From a virus: a stretch of DNA of 64,000 nucleotides. Positions 16,708-26,452 of this stretch are shown here, piece by piece; the first letter of the stretch is position 1; the number at the start of each line of letters is the position of its first letter. Position numbers and translations under genes: made by a program. The notes under the pieces are model-generated. The model saw only the letters and a list, made by a program, of their open reading frames with translations. It searched no databases and was not told the origin of the DNA. The stretch spans positions 2,655-66,654 of IMG/VR virus record IMGVR_UViG_3300042691_036206; one strand, given 5' to 3'.

Positions 16708-18966
16708 GTGACTGACGAAAACACATCTGAATACACTTCATTTCTGGCTGCAAAAACCCATCGGGCACCAGCCACAGGGCTGACCGAAATCCCCGAGTTA
16801 AACGATAAGCTTTTCCCGTTCCAACGAGACATTGTCGAGTGGGCCTTGAAGAAGGGCCGAGCCGCGGTCTTCGCCGATTGCGGCATGGGAAAGACCGCCA
16901 TGCAACTCGAATGGGCGAGGCATGTTCCCGGCCGCGTCTTGGTTCTAACCCCGCTTGCCGTCGCACGTCAGACCGTCGCGGAAGGCGTGAAGTTCGGCAT
17001 CCCTTGTGAGTACTCCCGCGGAACGTTCTCGCCCGATTCAAAGATCGTCATCGCTAATTACGAGATGCTCGAAAACTTCGAGCTCTCGCAGTTTACTGGC
17101 GTCGTGCTCGATGAATCCAGCATCTTGAAGAGCTACGACGGGAAATTCCGCACGCTCATCATCGATTCCTTCAAGCAATACCGATGGAAGCTCGCATGTT
17201 CGGCAACCCCCGCCCCGAACGACTTCATGGAGCTCGGCAACCACTCCGAGTTCTTGAACGTCATGTCCCGGACGGAAATGCTGTCGATGTACTTCGTTCA
17301 CGATGGCGGTGAGACGCAAAAATGGAGACTCAAAGGACACGCAGAGGATACCTTCTGGAAGTGGATGTGCTCATGGGCGGTAAACGTTCGATCGCCCTCC
17401 GACCTCGGATACGACAACGGAAAGTTTACGCTTCCGCCTTTGCGACTTCAGCAAGTATCCGTTCAGTCAACCCATCGCCTTGACGGCTTCCTTTTCCCGG
17501 TTCAAGCGGCCACGTTGCAAGAGCGGCTCGATGCTCGCCGGAAAACCATCAAGGAAAGGACCGAGAAGGCGGCAGATATAATCCGTTCTCGCCCCGACGA
17601 ACAGTGGATCGTTTGGTGCAACCTAAACGCCGAAGCATCCGCCGTGTGCGAGCTTGTCGAGGACGCTGTAAACGTCGAGGGCAGCGACACGCCAGAGTTT
17701 AAGAGCAGCACTATGCTCGCGTTTTCCGAAGGCAAGGTTCGCATCATCGTGACGAAACCATCGATCGCTGGTTTCGGCATGAACTGGCAGAACTGCCACA
17801 ACGTCGTCTTCCTTGGGCTTTCTGACTCTTACGAGGAGTTTTATCAGGCTGTCAGGCGATGCTGGCGATTCGGCCAGGATAGCCCCGTTGATGTTTACTG
17901 CGTCACGTCAGACCTTGAGGGCGCCGTCGTCAAGAACATAGAGAGGAAGGAAACGGACTCGCGGACGATGTCCGACAAAATGGCCGAGCACATGTGCGAG
18001 TACCTGAGAAGAGAGATTAAAGGAACGACCAGGGAGATTATGGAATACAAGCAGAAGAAAGAGACCGGAAACGGATGGGAGATGTATCTCGGAGATTGCG
18101 TCGAGACGGTAAAGGCCATGGAGAGCGAGAGCGTTCACTTTTCAGTCTTCAGCCCACCATTCGCATCGCTCTACACCTACTCGAACTCTGAACGGGACAT
18201 GGGCAACTGCACCGACTACGACGAGTTCGTGACGCACTTTCGCTTTCTTGTTCACGAGCTTTTCAGAGTCTTGAAGCCCGGACGACTCGTGAGCTTTCAC
18301 TGCATGAACCTTCCCACGTCGAAGACCCATCACGGCTACATCGGCGTTCAGGACTTTCGCGGTGACCTCATCCGGCTCTTTCGAGAATGCGGATTCATTT
18401 ACCACTCCGAGGTCTGCATCTGGAAAGACCCCGTTACCGCCATGCAGCGAACGAAAGCCCTCGGACTTCTTTACAAGCAGCTTCGAAAGGATTCGTGCAT
18501 GTCGCGACAGGGTATCCCTGATTACCTCGTGACCATGCGTAAACCCGGCGAGAACCCCGAGCCCGTTAGCCACGATCCCCAAGACTTCCCGGTCCATGTT
18601 TGGCAACGGTACGCTTCGCCAGTCTGGATGGACATCAACCCATCCGACACTTTGCAGTATCGGTCAGCCCGCGAGGAAAAGGACGAGAAGCACATCTGCC
18701 CGCTTCAGCTCACCGTCATTCGACGGGCGCTTGAGATGTGGAGCAACCCCGGCGACGTTGTACTATCCCCGTTCGGCGGCATCGCGAGCGAGGGGTACGT
18801 GGCCTTAAAGATGGGCCGAAAGTTCATCGGCGTCGAGCTCAAAGAGAGTTATTGGCGGCAGGCTTGCGGTAATCTTCGAGTGGCTCACCAGGAAAATCAG
18901 GACATGTTTACTGCTGCCGACGAGTCTCAAGTTGAGGATGATGCTGATGTCGCTGAGTACGTCTGA
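16708..18966 (+). CDS. SNF2-like helicase fused to a beta-class N4/N6 DNA methyltransferase
   Basis: DCGMGKT, LDESS, SATPAPND, QAVRRCWRFGQ; then FSPPF (motif IV) and SPFGGIASEG (motif I) in a single frame. Confidence 0.9.
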   Translation: MTDENTSEYTSFLAAKTHRAPATGLTEIPELNDKLFPFQRDIVEWALKKGRAAVFADCGMGKTAMQLEWARHVPGRVLVLTPLAVARQTVAEGVKFGIPCEYSRGTFSPDSKIVIANYEMLENFELSQFTGVVLDESSILKSYDGKFRTLIIDSFKQYRWKLACSATPAPNDFMELGNHSEFLNVMSRTEMLSMYFVHDGGETQKWRLKGHAEDTFWKWMCSWAVNVRSPSDLGYDNGKFTLPPLRLQQVSVQSTHRLDGFLFPVQAATLQERLDARRKTIKERTEKAADIIRSRPDEQWIVWCNLNAEASAVCELVEDAVNVEGSDTPEFKSSTMLAFSEGKVRIIVTKPSIAGFGMNWQNCHNVVFLGLSDSYEEFYQAVRRCWRFGQDSPVDVYCVTSDLEGAVVKNIERKETDSRTMSDKMAEHMCEYLRREIKGTTREIMEYKQKKETGNGWEMYLGDCVETVKAMESESVHFSVFSPPFASLYTYSNSERDMGNCTDYDEFVTHFRFLVHELFRVLKPGRLVSFHCMNLPTSKTHHGYIGVQDFRGDLIRLFRECGFIYHSEVCIWKDPVTAMQRTKALGLLYKQLRKDSCMSRQGIPDYLVTMRKPGENPEPVSHDPQDFPVHVWQRYASPVWMDINPSDTLQYRSAREEKDEKHICPLQLTVIRRALEMWSNPGDVVLSPFGGIASEGYVALKMGRKFIGVELKESYWRQACGNLRVAHQENQDMFTAADESQVEDDADVAEYV

Positions 18967-19216
18967 TATCATTCCCTACCCTCGCCCAGCAAAGGACATT
19001 AGTGGGCGAGGGGTCGGCGCCTTGCGAGTGCTCGGCTTTCTCGGTCACGACGGCCACTTCACGGAATGGTGGCTCTGTCGTTGCGGGGTGTGCCTTGAGC
19101 TAGTTCCGCAGCGGGGCAATCATCTTCGGGCGGAAGAGGTTCGAACGTGCGGCGGTGTCGGATGCCGGGGGCTTGGCCGCAAGCGGGCGTTTACTGCCAA
19201 CGCTACTGAGCCCTGA
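18932..19216 (+). CDS. small Cys-rich protein resembling the DNA-binding repeat of HNH endonucleases
   Basis: KDISGRGVGALRV...WLCRCGVC...HLR...TCG; start uncertain. Confidence 0.5.
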   Translation: MRMMLMSLSTSDIIPYPRPAKDISGRGVGALRVLGFLGHDGHFTEWWLCRCGVCLELVPQRGNHLRAEEVRTCGGVGCRGLGRKRAFTANATEP

Positions 19217-20150
19217 TCACCTCGAAAAGCACCGAACTTCGCTCCCGGCTCCAGTAGAACCGGAGCCACCAGGCCCCGAGCGTTTTCGGCTTGAACCCCT
19301 TCTCGTTCGCCCAGCCAGAGCTTCCATCGCCCGTGTCGTCCTTGTAGCCGGGGCAGCCGAGGTGCGTCTGGGTATCCTGGTAAACAGTTCCACCACGACC
19401 GAACCGCTGCCGACCGACGAACTCGCACCAGAAATTATGTGCATGCCCGGTGATGAGCACGTCGGTGTCGGGGAGGAAGGCCGCACGCTTTTCGTGCGAG
19501 AGAATATTCGATGTCGTTTTCCCGCTGCTTGATCCGTGGTGATAATTCGCCACCACGGTGGAGGTCCGCCCCCTACCTCCCTCAGCGAGTGTCTGGAACG
19601 CGAACTCTAGCCACCCCGAATATCCGCCGTTGTAAATGCGAGATCGCGTCTTTGAGTTGAGCAGCGTCACCAAGCGTTCGATCGGATTGAACTCATGGCG
19701 GTTCGTCATCGCCGTCTCATGATTCCCCTGGGCCAGCACGAAAAAGTTCTGGGCGTACGGCGTAAACCATTCCGCGGCGTCTTCCACGACGGCGTCGAAA
19801 TAGTGCGGCACGTTGTGCTCCGACCGAATGCCGCTCTTCACGGCCCGAGGGTCGTACCGCCCGCCCATGAGGTCGAGCATGTCGCCGTTGCTGAAGATGA
19901 TCGCCTCGCGTTCGAGCGCCTGATCGAGATGCTGCTTGAGGAGTTTACGGTTGCAATGCGGGTTGTCCCAGTGAATATCCGAGGTGATGAGAGCCCATTG
20001 CTCCCAGGAGGCACCTTGCTGGAAGGGCACGCTGACGCGGAAAACGTTTCGACCCAGCTGCGAGGCCGTCCACGGAATGACACGCGATCGCCGGGCCGTC
20101 TTCGCCCGTTGTTTACCTTGAGGAACCCGTTGCTTTTTCGCTTTCGGCAC
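19203..20150 (-). CDS. calcineurin-like metallophosphoesterase
   Basis: SDIH, NGDMLD, GNHE, HHG, GHAH motifs. Confidence 0.85.
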   Translation of the reverse strand: MPKAKKQRVPQGKQRAKTARRSRVIPWTASQLGRNVFRVSVPFQQGASWEQWALITSDIHWDNPHCNRKLLKQHLDQALEREAIIFSNGDMLDLMGGRYDPRAVKSGIRSEHNVPHYFDAVVEDAAEWFTPYAQNFFVLAQGNHETAMTNRHEFNPIERLVTLLNSKTRSRIYNGGYSGWLEFAFQTLAEGGRGRTSTVVANYHHGSSSGKTTSNILSHEKRAAFLPDTDVLITGHAHNFWCEFVGRQRFGRGGTVYQDTQTHLGCPGYKDDTGDGSSGWANEKGFKPKTLGAWWLRFYWSRERSSVLFEVIRAQ

Positions 20151-20293
20151 TCGCCCTCGCCTGCGGCCAGTTTGCCATGGGCGGGCGTTTACGGGCTAGG
20201 GGCGAATGTGGCGGGGGGCACCATCTTGCTGATGCTGCTGGTTCTGAAAATCGCTAAAACTCCGGTGTTCGATCCCTGCCAACAGGAGAGCAC

Positions 20294-21286
20294 TTGAGCA
20301 AGTCGACGAAGAAATCAGGCGGCGTCGTACACCCTCTGGACGATTTCCTACCCGCTGGTCTGGGCGACCTGTCCGACAACCAGCGAGCCATTCCGCGGAT
20401 CGCGAAAAATGAGAAGCTGACGGACCTCATCACCGCGACCCTTCCCCAGATTCCGACCACCCACCAGCTCCGCCTGGGCGATGCCCGCGTGATGCCTGAA
20501 CTGAAGGACAACAGCGTTCACCTGATCGTCACCTCGCCACCGTATTGGACCTTGAAGGAGTACAACAAGTCGCCGAATCAGATGGGTGCCATCGTCGCTT
20601 ACGAGAAGTTTCTCGATGAACTCGACCGCGTGTGGCGTCGGTGTTACGACGCACTCGTTCCGGGCGGTCGCGTTGTCTGCGTCGTTGGCGATGTTTGCCT
20701 CTCCCGAAGGAAGAACAACGGACGGCACACGGTGGTCCCGCTTCACTCCTCCATCCAGGAGCGATGCCGGGCCATCGGATACGACAACCTGGCTCCCATC
20801 ATCTGGCACAAGATTTCAAACGCGAAATTTGAAGCGGAAGGGAACGGCTCCCCGTTCCTCGGGAAACCCTATGAGCCGAACTCGGTCATCAAGAACGACA
20901 TCGAGTTTCTTCTGATGGAACGCAAATCCGGTGGCTATCGAGGGCCAAGCCTCACCACGAGAATCCTGAGCATCATCCCGGCGAAGTGCCACGGAGAATG
21001 GTTCCAACAGATCTGGTTCGGCCTGACCGGGGCCTCCACGAAACATCACCCGGCACCGTACCCGCTAGAACTGGCTACGCGGCTCATCAGGATGTTTTCT
21101 TTCGTGGGGGACACCGTGCTCGATCCGTTCCTCGGGACGGGCACCACGACCCTTGCCGCCGCCAACTGTGGTCGTTCCAGCATCGGCTACGAGATCGACC
21201 GCGAGTACTTGAAGCTCGCGGAGAAACGGCTCACTAGTGGCACCAGCGACTTGTTCGCTGCGGCTGAGGTCACGGTGACCCGGTAG
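20294..21286 (+). CDS. site-specific DNA methyltransferase (beta class, probably N4-C)
   Basis: VTSPPY motif IV, HPAPYP, VLDPFLGTGTT motif I. Confidence 0.92.
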   Translation: MSKSTKKSGGVVHPLDDFLPAGLGDLSDNQRAIPRIAKNEKLTDLITATLPQIPTTHQLRLGDARVMPELKDNSVHLIVTSPPYWTLKEYNKSPNQMGAIVAYEKFLDELDRVWRRCYDALVPGGRVVCVVGDVCLSRRKNNGRHTVVPLHSSIQERCRAIGYDNLAPIIWHKISNAKFEAEGNGSPFLGKPYEPNSVIKNDIEFLLMERKSGGYRGPSLTTRILSIIPAKCHGEWFQQIWFGLTGASTKHHPAPYPLELATRLIRMFSFVGDTVLDPFLGTGTTTLAAANCGRSSIGYEIDREYLKLAEKRLTSGTSDLFAAAEVTVTR

Positions 21287-22115
21287 GGGGAACGGGAGTC
21301 GCGACTCCCATCATCTCAAGCAGTGCCCGTACCTCTGCTTCGATCACCAGGTCGTCATCGTTGGCGAACACCAGACCGTCGATGTTCGCGGAGAGAGCTC
21401 TCGCCCTGAAGTCCGCTTGGTCGTCCGGGAACGGGTAGTAAATCACGACGCCGAATCTTCCAGCCGGAAAAGCCGTCTTGAATTTGAACGCCTTGTTCAC
21501 GATCTCGTCGATCCGCTTGTGCTTATCCCGCTTTGCCTCACACCGCTTCACGTCAATCCCCACTTCGATCGCCGTCGGAATTCCCGCCGCAGCGTCCAGC
21601 TCATACGAGTCCACCCCGCAGGTGAATTTTCCCTTCTTGTATTTTTTCGGAGCCCCGTGCTTGTTCGCGGCAAGACAGATGGCCTTCTCCCAACCTCCCT
21701 TGTCCTTACGAACCTCTTTGTCGATGAAGGCGATTCTGTCCAGCAGCGTCAGTGCAGGCAGCGGTAGCTTGTCGGGCAGGAAGAGCTTCAAGAACTCCGC
21801 CAGCTTCAGCGCTTGCCCTTGGGAGAAGCGAGGGTTGTACGTGTCGAAATTCTTGATACCGAGATCTCGCTCGATTGCCCGTCCGGCGACGTTACAAGCA
21901 GAGAGAACCGCTTTCACGATCGATGGGTGCTTTTCAAGAATGTCGGCCAGCTGGTTGGCATCGAGCACGAGGAGATCAATCACCTCAACTTCTTCCTTCT
22001 CCGTCGCTGACGCGAAGGCCTTCCGAAGCTCGGCCTCGATCCTCCCGGAACGGGTCTCGGCGGCGGCTTCCACTTTCGCCATGTAGTCCCGGTGCGAGCT
22101 GAATTGCTCGGACAT
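21270..22115 (-). CDS. putative type II restriction endonuclease
   Basis: Convergent with and overlapping the MTase; E...ELDAA...GIDVK resembles a PD-(D/E)xK core. Confidence 0.6.
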   Translation of the reverse strand: MSEQFSSHRDYMAKVEAAAETRSGRIEAELRKAFASATEKEEVEVIDLLVLDANQLADILEKHPSIVKAVLSACNVAGRAIERDLGIKNFDTYNPRFSQGQALKLAEFLKLFLPDKLPLPALTLLDRIAFIDKEVRKDKGGWEKAICLAANKHGAPKKYKKGKFTCGVDSYELDAAAGIPTAIEVGIDVKRCEAKRDKHKRIDEIVNKAFKFKTAFPAGRFGVVIYYPFPDDQADFRARALSANIDGLVFANDDDLVIEAEVRALLEMMGVATPVPPTGSP

Positions 22116-22247
22116 GAGCTGCCGCCTTTCGCCTCAACAGCGGGGCATTCCCACTGGGCCTTAAAAATCTGATAAAGGTATGATCGGGCGCGAGGGGGTG
22201 AGCGGCCAGGGGCTTGTGTCGTTCGCTGAGTCTGCTATTCTGCGGCC

Positions 22248-22460
22248 GTGAAAAAGACAGTGACCACGGACCACATTCTTCTCTACCTCGAAACCCTCGT
22301 TCGAACTTCCACTCTTAGAGCGGCGGCAGCCAAAATCGGCATCTCGACGGCCTACCTCCACGATGTCATCAATCGACGACGGCACGTAAGCGAGCCACTC
22401 GCCGCGAAGCTCGGGTACGAGCAAGAAATCCGTTGGAAGCGAATCGGCGAGGGTAAGTGA
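22248..22460 (+). CDS. HTH DNA-binding protein
   Basis: TLRAAAAKIGISTAYLHDVINRRR. Confidence 0.75.
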   Translation: MKKTVTTDHILLYLETLVRTSTLRAAAAKIGISTAYLHDVINRRRHVSEPLAAKLGYEQEIRWKRIGEGK

Positions 22461-22969
22461 AAATCAGGTACTACGACATTCCAGGCAAGTGGACGAAGAG
22501 GATTCAGCCCCACCTTGGCGACGAACACCTCAATCAGATTATCATCCGCGACTTCAACAAGTACACGTATGGGAGATGGCGTCGGAAGTTCATGCCGGGC
22601 ATGTTCCCCGCCGACTTCGAGAGTTGCCTTTGGGACATTTCTCACCGAGGTCGCAAGCCGCGATACTGGCGATACGTAAAGCATGCCGCCTGCCACTGGC
22701 TCGTGAATTTCAACCTCCGATTAGCCCAACTCGCGGAGCCGTCGCATCCGTGGCGCATCTTGACGAGTCAGGATCACTCCACTGTTTGGGACGGCGACGC
22801 GATCCTCTTTGACATGAATTTTCTCGCGCTCGGCGTCGCTCCTGACGAAGCATTCACTCTTGCCAGCGAGAAAGAACTTCCGATCGGGAAGCAGCTGCGG
22901 ACCTATTTCGCTGAACACTTTTCGGTTGATGTGAAGCGACTCGCGGAGGAACGTGCTGGCGGAGGGTAA
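22457..22969 (+). CDS. hypothetical protein
   Basis: 170-aa ORF; ACHW...HSTVWD may be a Cys-His-Asp-type catalytic set (inference). Confidence 0.6.
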   Translation: MKIRYYDIPGKWTKRIQPHLGDEHLNQIIIRDFNKYTYGRWRRKFMPGMFPADFESCLWDISHRGRKPRYWRYVKHAACHWLVNFNLRLAQLAEPSHPWRILTSQDHSTVWDGDAILFDMNFLALGVAPDEAFTLASEKELPIGKQLRTYFAEHFSVDVKRLAEERAGGG

Positions 22970-23513
22970 GAACGAGGCGAGGCTGGTCATTGTCGAAGGC
23001 AAGCAGGTAGTGGAAGTAATCCTCACCCAGGGGAAAGTGACCATCATTGATCTGGACGATTGGGAATTGATCCGTGCTCGAACGTGGGGCACTGCCTACA
23101 GTAGACAATCTCGAACGCCCTACGCTCTCACGAGCGTACCCCTCCGTGATGGGCGTTGGACGAAGATCTATCTTCACCGCTTTCTACTCAAGCCCAAACC
23201 GGGCGTTCGGGTCGATCACAAGAATCACGACGGGCTAGACAACCGCCGCTCCAATCTTCGATTCGCCACGGCAGCCGAAAGTGCCCGGAATACCCGGTCC
23301 CGAGAGGGAAGCTCCTCAAAATATAAAGGAGTGACGTGGGACAAGAACCGGAAGAAGTGGAACGCATGTATCAAGCTCGGCCCGACGACCTACATGCTCG
23401 GTCGCTTCGACTCCGAAACGAAGGCAGCGCTCGCTTATAACAAGAGGGCTCGCGAAGAATACGGCGAATTCGCTTACCTGAATTCAATCGAAGAAGCCGT
23501 TGATGCCCCCTGA
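22953..23513 (+). CDS. HNH-AP2 homing endonuclease
   Basis: LHRFLL...VDHKNHDGLDNRRSNLR; SSKYKGV.W...LGRFDSE..AALAYN..A...YGEFAYLN. Confidence 0.9.
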   Translation: MLAEGKNEARLVIVEGKQVVEVILTQGKVTIIDLDDWELIRARTWGTAYSRQSRTPYALTSVPLRDGRWTKIYLHRFLLKPKPGVRVDHKNHDGLDNRRSNLRFATAAESARNTRSREGSSSKYKGVTWDKNRKKWNACIKLGPTTYMLGRFDSETKAALAYNKRAREEYGEFAYLNSIEEAVDAP

Positions 23514-23559
23514 AGATCTCGCAAACCCGTATAAAAGACAGAAGGAAACGCGGGACCGC

Positions 23560-23987
23560 TCGGGTACTCTGCCGTGTACTCTCAGCGTGGAAAGTGTGCC
23601 GAATCGTGCCATCTATAGAAATTGTGCTCGTTCCGCAAAATCATGAGGTCAAAGATTTTACGGCAAATGGCCATTGAAGAACGGTACTGGCACGGTAACT
23701 GCCATCGCCGTGAACCTGACGCCTCGAACGCAAAGTATTGGTTCCGCCGAGTCGGTGACCATCCCGTCTTTTCTTCCCTTCGAGAACAAGCTCCTCCACT
23801 TGGCTACGATTACACGAATCCCTTTGATTTTGTGGACTTTTGCGAGCGTCATCGAGGTACTGGCTCGCCCGAAGAAATGATCGCTCGCAAGGTTCAGCAG
23901 CTTGAATGGCAGCTCCTTTTCGACCACTGCTACCGCCTCGCCGTGACGGGATAATTCGCTCTTCGGGTACTTTGATCGGGTACTTTG
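23560..23987. other. putative attP with arm-type repeats on both sides
   Basis: TCGGGTACTCTG 23560, CGTGTACTCT 23573, TCGGGTACTTTG 23963 and 23976; immediately upstream of the integrase. Confidence 0.65.
23685..23954 (+). pseudogene. 3' fragment of a conserved bacterial hypothetical gene (attB replacement fragment)
   Basis: YWHGNCHRREPDASNAKYWFRRVGDHPVF...EWQLLFDHC recalled as the C-terminal half of a bacterial protein; no credible N-terminus or RBS. Confidence 0.6.
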
Positions 23988-24038
23988 CCCGCTATAATGC
24001 ACTCGTGCCCTTTTCCCGTCGCACGAGGAGCGTCCGCC

Positions 24039-25139
24039 ATGCGAGCCAACAAAGTCTGGAAGCGAAAAGACACCGGCTGGTTCTACACGAAGATCGACCG
24101 CAAGCGAATTCGCCTCTCGAAGAATCGGGGCGAAGCCGAGCAGATGATGCACGAGCTTCTTTCCGAGCGGAAAAAGAAGGCGGAGGACGAGTCTCTCGGG
24201 ACGAAGGCGTTTCCGTCTTTCCGAAAAATCGCCGATCTCTTTCTTGAAAACTCCGTCACGGAGAACAAGCCGACCACGTACCGTGCTCACAGGATGTTCC
24301 TGCAATCCGCCTGCGACTCCTTTGGGAAGAAGAGAATTAACGACCTCAAGGTTCATCACGTCACCGCCTGGCTCAAGGAGGAGCGAAAGGCTCAACCTCG
24401 CGAGCCGAAACTCGACGAGAAGGGCAACGTCAAGAAGCAGGCGACCGCTCGAAAAGGGAAAAAGGGCCCGTGGGGAGCGAGCACGGAATGCTCCGCGAAA
24501 GGCACCATCTTGGCGGCGTTGAATTGGGCCGTCGATCAGGGCTACATCTCGTCGCACCCGCTGAAGAAACTGAAGCGTGGCACCCACAAGAGACGCGAAC
24601 GTGTCTTCACCGCCGATGAGTTGAAGAAAATCCAGGACTTCGTGAAACCCGACTTCCGGGATTTCCTTCGGGCCTTGGAACTGACCGGCGCCAGGCCATT
24701 CTCGGAACTCGCCACCCTGACCGCAGAGATGATCCACTGGGACGCCGAAATCATTCCATTCGATGAACATAAGAACGAGGCGAAGGGGAAATCACGCACG
24801 ATCTACATTGTGCCGGAGCTGATGGAAATTCTGAAGCGGCTGGCAGCGAAGCATCCAAAGGGGCTTCTCTTTCGCAACTCTCGAAATAAGATCTGGACCT
24901 CTCACGACGCCACTCGCCGACTGCACTACGCGACCCGGAAACTCGGGATCCCGAAGGGGACGATCTATGCGGTGAGGCACAAATTTATATCTGATGGCCT
25001 AGAAAAAGGGCTGAACGCGAATGTCATTGCGGAGCTATGCGGCAACAGCAGCATCACGATCGCAAGGCACTATGATCACGTATCGAAGCGAAAAGCCGCC
25101 ATGCTGGAGGCGGCCAGGAAGGTCGTCGCGGTGAGCTAG
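24039..25139 (+). CDS. int: tyrosine integrase
   Basis: TGARPFSE (R), HKN (K), YAVRH, RHYDH (Y); N-terminal arm-binding-like domain; GAGGAG RBS. Confidence 0.92.
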   Translation: MRANKVWKRKDTGWFYTKIDRKRIRLSKNRGEAEQMMHELLSERKKKAEDESLGTKAFPSFRKIADLFLENSVTENKPTTYRAHRMFLQSACDSFGKKRINDLKVHHVTAWLKEERKAQPREPKLDEKGNVKKQATARKGKKGPWGASTECSAKGTILAALNWAVDQGYISSHPLKKLKRGTHKRRERVFTADELKKIQDFVKPDFRDFLRALELTGARPFSELATLTAEMIHWDAEIIPFDEHKNEAKGKSRTIYIVPELMEILKRLAAKHPKGLLFRNSRNKIWTSHDATRRLHYATRKLGIPKGTIYAVRHKFISDGLEKGLNANVIAELCGNSSITIARHYDHVSKRKAAMLEAARKVVAVS

Positions 25140-25363
25140 AACGGAATCGGCTCGTCCCATCCATAGACGTTCATTCGAGGCTTGTCGGGCCCCACGTCGG
25201 TCACGTAGATGTCGACCTGGCATCGAGGCATGACCACCTCAGCGCCTTCGTTCCCGAAGTGAAGCTCCACGCCTTGAGCGGTGATGAAAACCTCGGTTCG
25301 ACCGTTAGCCTTCCGCATGTCGATCGTGACCCTCGGCGTCTTTCTGAAAAACCATCCCCACAT
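25136..25363 (-). CDS. hypothetical protein
   Basis: AGGAGG RBS before GTG; last gene of the minus-strand operon. Confidence 0.55.
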   Translation of the reverse strand: MWGWFFRKTPRVTIDMRKANGRTEVFITAQGVELHFGNEGAEVVMPRCQVDIYVTDVGPDKPRMNVYGWDEPIPF

Positions 25364-25375
25364 TTCGCACCTCCT

Positions 25376-25591
25376 TTACCGGATATGTTTCAACGGTCCG
25401 TCATCCACACCACAAGGATCCTCCACGCGGCACGACGCCAGCATCACCGTGATATCCTCATCCTTGAGGAGAATCTTCCCCTTACCATGCACGCCGACGC
25501 GGTAGTACGGCAGTTTTCCTATTCGACACAGCTCGTAGAGCAGCGACTTTGAGAGCGGGTACTTCTTTGCGGCGTCGGCAATGGTCATCAT
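25376..25591 (-). CDS. excisionase-like HTH protein
   Basis: MTIADAAKKYPLSKSLLYELCRIGKLPYYRVG...GKILL; adjacent to int. Confidence 0.8.
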   Translation of the reverse strand: MMTIADAAKKYPLSKSLLYELCRIGKLPYYRVGVHGKGKILLKDEDITVMLASCRVEDPCGVDDGPLKHIR

Positions 25592-25626
25592 CTGGCACCT
25601 CTCCTTCTTCTCTGGGCCGACATCCC

Positions 25627-26379
25627 TCACGCCACCACCAACTCCAGCCGCCGTGGCCTCGGGAACTCCTGCACCACCGCCCCGTCAAGCATCGGCTCCT
25701 CGCAAGGAACGCCCTTATCGTCTAGGTACGCCTGCTTGAAGAAGTGCGTCTTCCCAGCTTCCTTGCACTGGTTGTCGATGTCACGAACCCAGTCCATGTC
25801 CATGATGCGTCGGGTGCCTTTCGCCGCACGCTCGCAGCCCGTGATGACCCAATCGATCCATGAAAGGTGTTCGCGGAAGTCCATGCGTTCAATGAGTGGT
25901 TCGGCCGAGACGAACTTCACCGCTGCCGGGACCGCCTTCAGGAGCGGCAAGCGATACAGCGACTTCGAGCAACCACAGGTGACGCCGAGCCATACGTTCG
26001 GATAGCCTTCGACCCAATCTGCCGGTAGGCGGTCGGGGATGAGATGTGGACGCTTCGTGAGGATGAGCCAATCGAGGTTCTGGCAGTCCTTGATGATCTT
26101 CCAGACGTCGGGCCGCCAGGCATCGGCGCCTTGATGGAAGAAGTCGGACATGCTGCACGTGAAGACGCGATGACGCTCGCCGAGTTTCGCGGCCTCACGA
26201 TCCCAGGCATAAGGAGCACGCCAGGTTTTTGTCTTCATCGGGCCATTGAAGGGCTCGTACCCTCCACGGCGCATGATGCTGTCGATGTAACAATGGTCGC
26301 ATTCTGGGGTGACTTTGTTACAGCCCCACCAAGCGTTGAAAGAATGATGCGTCCAACCGATCTTCGAATTCTTTGGCAT
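25627..26379 (-). CDS. DUF5131 (Gp37/Gp68-like, radical-SAM-like) protein
   Basis: SKIGWT..SFNAWWGCNKVTPECDHCY, VFTCSMSDFFH, LILTKRP, FVSAEPL, DWVITG.E, FFKQ. Confidence 0.9.
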   Translation of the reverse strand: MPKNSKIGWTHHSFNAWWGCNKVTPECDHCYIDSIMRRGGYEPFNGPMKTKTWRAPYAWDREAAKLGERHRVFTCSMSDFFHQGADAWRPDVWKIIKDCQNLDWLILTKRPHLIPDRLPADWVEGYPNVWLGVTCGCSKSLYRLPLLKAVPAAVKFVSAEPLIERMDFREHLSWIDWVITGCERAAKGTRRIMDMDWVRDIDNQCKEAGKTHFFKQAYLDDKGVPCEEPMLDGAVVQEFPRPRRLELVVA

Positions 26380-26452
26380 GGTAGTTCTCCTGTATGGTGG
26401 CTTAGATTCTGGTACTTCTAGTCCCGTCTGTAAACGCCTCAACTGCCTCCAT

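Noticed and set aside
23658-24770. 370-aa minus-strand ORF
   Set aside because: Antisense to the integrase, with no motifs
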